Shown here in pieces: positions 58,146 to 64,000 of a stretch of DNA of 64,000 nucleotides. The stretch is from an uncultured Actinomycetes bacterium (GTDB lineage Bacteria > Actinomycetota > UBA4738 > HRBIN12). Below the pieces are notes generated by a model, which saw only the letters and a program-made list of their open reading frames with translations, was not told the DNA's origin and searched no databases. The stretch is taken from contig OY969934.1 in NCBI GenBank assembly GCA_963704725.1, positions 3,328,001 through 3,392,000 on the forward strand. The letters run 5' to 3'. The position numbers were made by a program, and so were the translations under genes. The first letter of the stretch is position 1; each line of letters begins with the position of its first letter.

Positions 58146-60647
58146 CTATCCCTCCGCGGCGGTGGGCGCGTCGCCGTCGCCGGGCGAGGATCGCTTGGCG
58201 CTCGGCCGCTTCGACGTGGTCCTCGAACGCTTGGTCGTGGAACGCTTGGCGCTCGAACGCTTGGCGGCGGATTTCGCGCCCCGCGCCTTCGAGCGCTCGG
58301 CCCGGGCTGCCGCCTTCGCCGCGCGTGCCTGGGCCTCCGCCTCCGGGTCTCCGTGCTTGTGGACGGCGAACTCGCGGTCGAGCTCGGCGCCGCAGTTCCA
58401 GCACCGGTAGCTCTTCGGCCGCTCGAGGAGGATCGACCCGCACTCCGGGCACGGGTGGTCCTTCACCGGCAGGTTGCTCACGGCGAAGTCGCACTCCGGG
58501 TACCGGTCGCACCCGTAGAAGAGCCCGAACCGCGTCCGCTTCTCCACGATCTGGCCCTGCCCGCACTGGGGGCACGTGATCTCGAGGCTCCTGGGTGGGT
58601 CCTTCTTGATGTACCGGCACTCAGGATAGCCGGAGCACCCCACGAACGGGCCGTACCGGCCGACCTTGCGCTGCAGCGGCTTGCCGCACTCGGGGCACAG
58701 CTCGTCGAGCGTCTCGGGCTCGGGGCGGACCTCGCCGTTGAGGTTGCGGATGTACTTGCACCCGCCGTCCTCCTCGGCGAAGCGCGTGCACCCGATGAAG
58801 CGCCCGTACCGGCCGAGGCGGATCTGGAGCCGTCCCGGCGGGGTCCGCCCCTCCTCGATGCACCGGGGGCACTCCTCGTCCAGGTCCTCCACGTAGCGCT
58901 CGAACTTCTCCTCGGCGCGCGAGAGGTCCTCGGAGAACGGGACCCAGAACTCGCGAAGGACCGACGAGCGGTGCGAATCGCCCTCGGCGATCTCGTCGAG
59001 CTCTCCCTCCATCTTCGCCGTGAAGTTCACGTCGACGACGTCGGCGAAGTGCTCGACGAGCTTGTCGATGACTACCTCGGCCACGTCCTCGGGGAAGAAC
59101 CGCTTGTCCTCCAGCCGGACGTAGCCGCGGTCCTGGATCGTGGAGATGATCGAGGCGTACGTCGAGGGGCGGCCGATCCCGAGCTCCTCGAGCGTCTTCA
59201 CCAGCGAGGCCTCCGAGTACCGGGGCGGCGGCTGGGTGAAGTGCTGTTCGGGCAGGACCTCGAGCATCCGCAGCACCTGCTCCGGCGTGAGGTCGGGAAG
59301 GCGGTTCTCGGCGTCCTCGTCGGGCCCCTCGTCCCGGCCCTCGGTGTACACGCGGATGAAGCCGTCGAAGATCAACGTCTGCCCGGTCGCACGCAGCCCG
59401 TACGTGCCGCCGTCGGCCGTCGCCTCCACGTCCACCCCGACCTGGTTGAAGCGCGCCTCGGCCATCTGCGTGGCCACCGTCCGCCGCCAGATCATCGTGT
59501 ACAGGCGGAGCTGGTCGCGATCGAGCGTGGCGGCCAGCCGCTCGGGGCTCCGCAGCACCGACGTCGGGCGGATCGCCTCGTGGGCCTCCTGCGCGTTGCG
59601 CGAGCGCGTCCGATAGCGCCGCGGCTCGGCAAGCGCGTACGCCGGCCCGAACTCGCCCCGGACGACCTCGGCGATCTCACGGAGCGCGCTCTCGGCCAGG
59701 CTCACCGAGTCCGTACGCATGTACGTGATGAGCCCGACCGTTCCCTCGCCGGGCAGGTTGATCCCCTCGTACAGGCGCTGGGCGATCGTCATCGTCTTGC
59801 GCGCCCCGAAGCCGAGCTTGCGCGCCGCCTCCTGCTGCAGGGTGGAGGTGGTGAACGGCGGCGAGGGCGAGCGCTTGCGCTCCTTGCGCTCGACCTTGGC
59901 CACCCGGTACGCGGAGGCGCGGAGGCGCTCGACGTGGGCGGCCGCGTCGGCCTCCGCCCGCAGGAGCAGTCCTTTCTTGTCCGGCGACGCCGCGAGCTTG
60001 CCGTCCGGCACCTGCGCGAGGTGCGCCACGAACGGCTGCGGGTCGCCCTCGGGCGTGAGACGGACGTCCACGCTCCAGTACTCGACCGGGGTGAACGCCC
60101 GGATCTCGCGCTCGCGCTCCACGATGAGCCGGACGGCCACCGACTGAACGCGGCCCGCGGACAGACCCGGCCGGACCCGGCGCCACAGGATCGGGCTGAT
60201 CTTGTAGCCGACCAGGCGGTCCAGGACCCGGCGGGCCTCCTGGGCGTCGACGAGCTTGAGGTCGACCTCGCGCGGGTGGCGGAAGGCCTCGAGGATGGCG
60301 TCGCGCGTGATCTCGGTGAACGTGACCCGCTTGGCGCCGGCCGGGTCCACCCCGAGCAGGCTCGCCACGTGGAAGGCGATCGCCTCGCCCTCGCGGTCGT
60401 AGTCCGTCGCCAGGACGAGATCGCCCGTGTCCTTCAGCGCCTTCTTCAGGGCCGAGACGTGCTTCTTCGAGTCCTCGGGGACCTCGTAGGTGACCTGGAA
60501 GTCGTCGTCGACGTCTACGCCGAGGTCGCTCTTGGGCAGGTCGCGGATGTGGCCGTAGGAGGCCCGGACCGCATAGTCCGTGCCGAGGTACCGCTCGATC
60601 GTCTTCGCCTTGGCGGGCGATTCGACAACCACCAGCGTTTTCGCCAT
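58146..60647 (-). CDS. topA: type I DNA topoisomerase with C-terminal zinc ribbons
   Basis: MAKTLVVVESPAKAKTI, ATDYDREGEAI, SAGRVQS, ITYMRTDS, AQEAHEAIRP, C4 zinc ribbons, basic tail. Confidence 0.97.
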   Translation of the reverse strand: MAKTLVVVESPAKAKTIERYLGTDYAVRASYGHIRDLPKSDLGVDVDDDFQVTYEVPEDSKKHVSALKKALKDTGDLVLATDYDREGEAIAFHVASLLGVDPAGAKRVTFTEITRDAILEAFRHPREVDLKLVDAQEARRVLDRLVGYKISPILWRRVRPGLSAGRVQSVAVRLIVEREREIRAFTPVEYWSVDVRLTPEGDPQPFVAHLAQVPDGKLAASPDKKGLLLRAEADAAAHVERLRASAYRVAKVERKERKRSPSPPFTTSTLQQEAARKLGFGARKTMTIAQRLYEGINLPGEGTVGLITYMRTDSVSLAESALREIAEVVRGEFGPAYALAEPRRYRTRSRNAQEAHEAIRPTSVLRSPERLAATLDRDQLRLYTMIWRRTVATQMAEARFNQVGVDVEATADGGTYGLRATGQTLIFDGFIRVYTEGRDEGPDEDAENRLPDLTPEQVLRMLEVLPEQHFTQPPPRYSEASLVKTLEELGIGRPSTYASIISTIQDRGYVRLEDKRFFPEDVAEVVIDKLVEHFADVVDVNFTAKMEGELDEIAEGDSHRSSVLREFWVPFSEDLSRAEEKFERYVEDLDEECPRCIEEGRTPPGRLQIRLGRYGRFIGCTRFAEEDGGCKYIRNLNGEVRPEPETLDELCPECGKPLQRKVGRYGPFVGCSGYPECRYIKKDPPRSLEITCPQCGQGQIVEKRTRFGLFYGCDRYPECDFAVSNLPVKDHPCPECGSILLERPKSYRCWNCGAELDREFAVHKHGDPEAEAQARAAKAAARAERSKARGAKSAAKRSSAKRSTTKRSRTTSKRPSAKRSSPGDGDAPTAAEG

Positions 60648-60844
60648 ACGTTCATCACGTCCGTCGTGTGGGAGTTCGAGGTCCGGCGCCCGAGGGGGAC
60701 CTCGCGGCGCAGGGTACCAGCCCCCACGGTCAACCCCGGGATTATCGGCCCGAGGGCCCCGGGAGGTGTACGGGGCGTCAACCCGACCGGCTCGTGGAAC
60801 ACGGTGGTAGGGTCCGTTCATTCCCGCTCGGCCGGGGGTTCACG

Positions 60845-61564
60845 CTGCTCGCGATCCTCAACTCGTTCGTCACGCAGGAGATCGCCAGGTACGGCTACCT
60901 CGCGATCTTCCTGCTCATGGTGCTGGAATCGGCCTGCGTCCCGATCCCCTCGGAGGTCACCATGCTCTTCGGGGGCGCCCTGGTGTCGGCCTCGTTCCTG
61001 GCCCCGGAGCGCCAGCTCGAGTTCTGGCTGGTCGTGGCGGTCGGCACGGCGGGCAACCTGGTGGGGTCCTGGCTCGCCTACTGGGCCGGGTACGCCGGGG
61101 GACGGCCCCTCATCGACCGGTGGGGCCGGTACCTGCTGATCCGGCCGCACGAGGTGGACCGGGCCCATGACTGGTTCGAGCGCCACGGCGAGCTCGCGGT
61201 GCTGGGGGGGCGGGTCCTGCCGGTCGTACGGACCTTCATCAGCCTGCCGGCCGGCGTCGTGCGGATGCGCGCCGGCAGGTTCACCGTCTACACGCTGCTC
61301 GGGACGGTGCCGTGGTGCCTGCTCCTCACGTGGCTCGGCTACCTCCTGGGGGAGCGGTGGGAGACGGTGGACCGCATCATCCGACCCTTCTCCTGGGCCA
61401 TCGCCGTGGCGATCGTGGCCGGCGGGGCCTGGTTCGTGCGGCAACGCCTCCGGGCCATCCGCCGGGACGAGCAGGAGCGGCGGGCCCGGGCGCAGGAGGC
61501 CGAAGCCGTCGCGGCGCAGGCGCGCGAGGACGCCGGCGACATCGTGGAGCGGCAGGCCCCCTAG
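60845..61564 (+). CDS. DedA family membrane protein (start uncertain, possibly CTG 60845)
   Basis: YGYLAIFLLMVLESACVPIPSEVTM.FGG, WFERHG, GRVLPVVRTFISLPAG. Confidence 0.9.
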   Translation: MLAILNSFVTQEIARYGYLAIFLLMVLESACVPIPSEVTMLFGGALVSASFLAPERQLEFWLVVAVGTAGNLVGSWLAYWAGYAGGRPLIDRWGRYLLIRPHEVDRAHDWFERHGELAVLGGRVLPVVRTFISLPAGVVRMRAGRFTVYTLLGTVPWCLLLTWLGYLLGERWETVDRIIRPFSWAIAVAIVAGGAWFVRQRLRAIRRDEQERRARAQEAEAVAAQAREDAGDIVERQAP

Positions 61565-62049
61565 CCGAGATCGGCGCGCATCACCCAGGTCGAGCCGTCG
61601 GCGTCCTCGCGCACCTTCTGGAAGCCCGTCCGCTCGTACATCATCCGCGAGCGGTTGTGCACGGCCACCGAGAGCGAGAGCGACTGGAACCCGTCCTCGC
61701 GCGCCTGGACCATGAGGGCCCGCAGCAGGGTCTCGCCGATGCCCCTGCGCCGGTGCAGCGGCACGACCGCGATGCCCAGCTCGGGCGTCTTCTCGTCCAC
61801 GAACCCGAACCCCGGCTCGTCCTGCGTGAACAGGCGGTACCAGGCGGCCCCGACCGGTTCGCCGTCGAGCTCGGCGATCACGCCCGCGTCGCCGGGGCGC
61901 CCCCAGGCCCGGTGGTACCGCTCCAGGACGGGGTCCGCGAGGGCGGCGATGGTCTGCTCCCGCGGCCAGTCCGGGTTCCACGCGGCCGCCTCGTACAGCA
62001 TGGTCTTCAGGAACCCCACGTCCTGCGAGCCGGCCGGCCGGATGTTCAC
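61561..62049 (-). CDS. GNAT family N-acetyltransferase
   Basis: GAAWYRLF, PELGIAVVP.HRRRGIG..LL, LSLSV..N...YERTGF. Confidence 0.9.
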   Translation of the reverse strand: MNIRPAGSQDVGFLKTMLYEAAAWNPDWPREQTIAALADPVLERYHRAWGRPGDAGVIAELDGEPVGAAWYRLFTQDEPGFGFVDEKTPELGIAVVPLHRRRGIGETLLRALMVQAREDGFQSLSLSVAVHNRSRMMYERTGFQKVREDADGSTWVMRADLG

Positions 62050-62105
62050 CGCGATCGCCCTCCCCGGGGGTGGGAGGACACCCTACCCCGAGCGCGACCC
62101 CCGCT

Positions 62106-63485
62106 TCACCCGAGCGGCTCGAACCGCGCCGTGAAGTGGCGGAGCTGCGGCGGCTCGTGGACGATCCGGTAGCCGGGCAGCTCGCCGGCGCGCCGGGCGA
62201 CCGAGGCGGCCACCTCCAGGACGTAGTCGACGTGGCTCTGCGTGTACGTGCGGCGCGGGATCGCCAGGCGGACGAGGTCCATCGCCGCCGGGGCCTCGGT
62301 CCCGTCCGGGCGCCGCCCGAACATCACGGTGCCGATCTCCACGCTGCGGATCCCGCCGGCCTCGTACAGCGCGACGGCGAGCGACTGGCCCGGGTACGAG
62401 AGCGGGGGCACGTGCGGCAGCAGCGCGCGGGCGTCCACGTACACGGCGTGCCCTCCGGCGGGCTTGACGATGGGGATGCCGGCGCGCTCGAGACCGTCGG
62501 CCAGGTACTCGGTCGAGCGGATCCGGTACCGCAGGTAGTGCTCGTCGACGCACTCGCGAAGTCCCTGCGCGATCGCCTCGAGGTCCCGGCCGGCCAGGCC
62601 GCCGTACGTCGGGAACCCCTCGGTGAGGATCAGCAGGTTCCGGCAGCGCTCTGCGAGGTCGGCGTCGCGCATCGCCAGCCACCCGCCGATGTTGGCCATG
62701 GGGTCCTTCTTCGCGCTCATCGTCATCCCGTCGGCGAGCGAGGCGAATTCGCGGACGATGTCGGGCACCGAGCGCTCCGCCTGGCCCTCCTCGCGCAGCT
62801 TCACGAACCAGGCGTTCTCGGCGAACCGGCAGGCGTCGAGGAACAGCGGAACCCCGAACCGGTCGCAGAGCTCCCGTACCCCCCGGAGGTTGGCCAGCGA
62901 GACCGGCTGCCCGCCGCCGGAGTTGTTCGTGATCGTGACGAAGACCACGGGCACGTCGCCGGCGCGGCGCGACAGCAGGTCCTCGAGCGCCTCGAGATCC
63001 ATGTTGCCCTTGAAGGGATGCACGGTGGCCGGCTCCCGCCCCTCGGGGATCACCAGGTCCACGGCCTCCGCGCCGGTGAACTCGACGTTGGCCCGCGTGG
63101 TATCGAAATGCGTGTTGTTCGGAACGACCTTGCCGGTGCCTCCGAGCGCGGCGAACAGGATCTTCTCGGCGGCCCTCCCCTGGTGCGTCGGGATGACGTG
63201 AGGGAAGGGGAACAGCTCCTGCACGGCCTCCAGGAACACGTACCACGAGGGCGATCCCGCGTAGCTCTCGTCGCCGTGCTGGATCGCCGCCCACTGATCC
63301 CGCGACATCGCCCCGGTGCCGGAGTCGGTCAGGAGATCGATCAGGACGTGGTCCGCGTGCAGGTTGAACAGGTTGTAGCCGGCCTGTCGGATCCTCGCGG
63401 CGCGCTCCTCCTCCGTGAGGAACCGCAGCGGCTCGACCGAGTGGATCCGGAACGGCTCGATGATCGTGCGGAAGCCGTACGGCAC
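62106..63485 (-). CDS. tnaA: tryptophanase (beta-eliminating PLP lyase)
   Basis: EPFRIHSVE, IDLLTDSGT, PTHQGRAAE, DACRFAENA, PLP lysine motif MSAKKD, EGFPTYGGLAGRD, RLAIPRR. Confidence 0.88.
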   Translation of the reverse strand: MPYGFRTIIEPFRIHSVEPLRFLTEEERAARIRQAGYNLFNLHADHVLIDLLTDSGTGAMSRDQWAAIQHGDESYAGSPSWYVFLEAVQELFPFPHVIPTHQGRAAEKILFAALGGTGKVVPNNTHFDTTRANVEFTGAEAVDLVIPEGREPATVHPFKGNMDLEALEDLLSRRAGDVPVVFVTITNNSGGGQPVSLANLRGVRELCDRFGVPLFLDACRFAENAWFVKLREEGQAERSVPDIVREFASLADGMTMSAKKDPMANIGGWLAMRDADLAERCRNLLILTEGFPTYGGLAGRDLEAIAQGLRECVDEHYLRYRIRSTEYLADGLERAGIPIVKPAGGHAVYVDARALLPHVPPLSYPGQSLAVALYEAGGIRSVEIGTVMFGRRPDGTEAPAAMDLVRLAIPRRTYTQSHVDYVLEVAASVARRAGELPGYRIVHEPPQLRHFTARFEPLG

Positions 63486-63538
63486 AGCCCGATGCTAGCC
63501 CACCCGTCGTTCCCCGCCCGGGGGCGTACATTCGGAGC

Positions 63539-64000
63539 ATGGGACTGTTCCCCGAGGCCGAGCACTCGACCGAGCCCATCCTGGGCTGGAGGGCGTGGCG
63601 TTTGCAGGAGCTCGAGGGCGGCCTTCGGATCGTCCCGACGACGCCGCGCTCGGCGTGGGAGCCGCGCGTCGCGATCCACGCCACGTGCAGCGGGAGCCAC
63701 ACCCGCGAGTACATGATCTTCAACCCGGACCTCGCCAAGTTCCACCGCAGCCCGGAGCCCGGGTGCACCTGCGGGATCCACGCGCTCAAGGACCCGTCGC
63801 GGCTGGCCAGGTCCGGACGCACGGCCGCGGTGGTCGGCCGCGTGGCGATGTGGGGCCGGGTGGTGGAGCACACGAAGGGGTATCGGGCGGAGTTCGCCTA
63901 CCCCTCGCGCCTCCGGCTCGTGTGCTCGTGGTGCCTGTGGTACGGGCGCCTGCCGGCGATCGCGGACCGCGTGTTCGAGCACGGCGGGACCCTCCGGCCG
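63539..64000 (+). CDS. hypothetical protein (runs off window edge)
   Basis: ATG is 6 nt after TACATT. Translation EPILGWRAWR...HRSPEPGCTCGIHA...VVGRVAMWGRVVEHTKGYRAEFAYP, open to the window end. Confidence 0.75.
   Translation, partial: MGLFPEAEHSTEPILGWRAWRLQELEGGLRIVPTTPRSAWEPRVAIHATCSGSHTREYMIFNPDLAKFHRSPEPGCTCGIHALKDPSRLARSGRTAAVVGRVAMWGRVVEHTKGYRAEFAYPSRLRLVCSWCLWYGRLPAIADRVFEHGGTLRP

Overview
A very GC-rich bacterial chromosome segment. Gene content and promoter style point to Actinomycetota, probably a deep-branching lineage (inference). The minus-strand backbone runs tnaA, topA, MFS-tmk, holB, tRNA-Thr, DUF2342, tilS, hpt, ftsH, folE/P/B/K, DUF2520, panC, coaX, lysS, clpC, radA, carD, PIN/TRAM, ispD, ispF. 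Three accessory blocks interrupt it. (1) About 9.6 kb between clpC and radA. It carries a three-gene M64 metallopeptidase/CFI-box cassette, two tandem LAL (STAND-NTPase + LuxR) regulators, two small ORFs and a RIO kinase. The same CTAG-flanked 18-bp operator sits exactly 20 nt upstream of the -10 box in two promoters flanking the LAL pair. The RIO kinase is preceded by a 17-aa leader peptide and an intrinsic terminator, which looks like an attenuator. (2) A decayed, integrase-less island of about 6 kb at tRNA-Thr(CGT), with a displaced tRNA 3' end. (3) A signalling cluster of about 13 kb: UspA-ABC1 kinase fusion, two paralogous membrane histidine kinases, a receiver-HTH-adenylate cyclase fusion facing its NarL paralog, UspA, SnoaL, an M36 peptidase and a lone receiver. 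Two of its promoters share a palindromic motif. All calls come from reading motifs by eye; no database searches were run.
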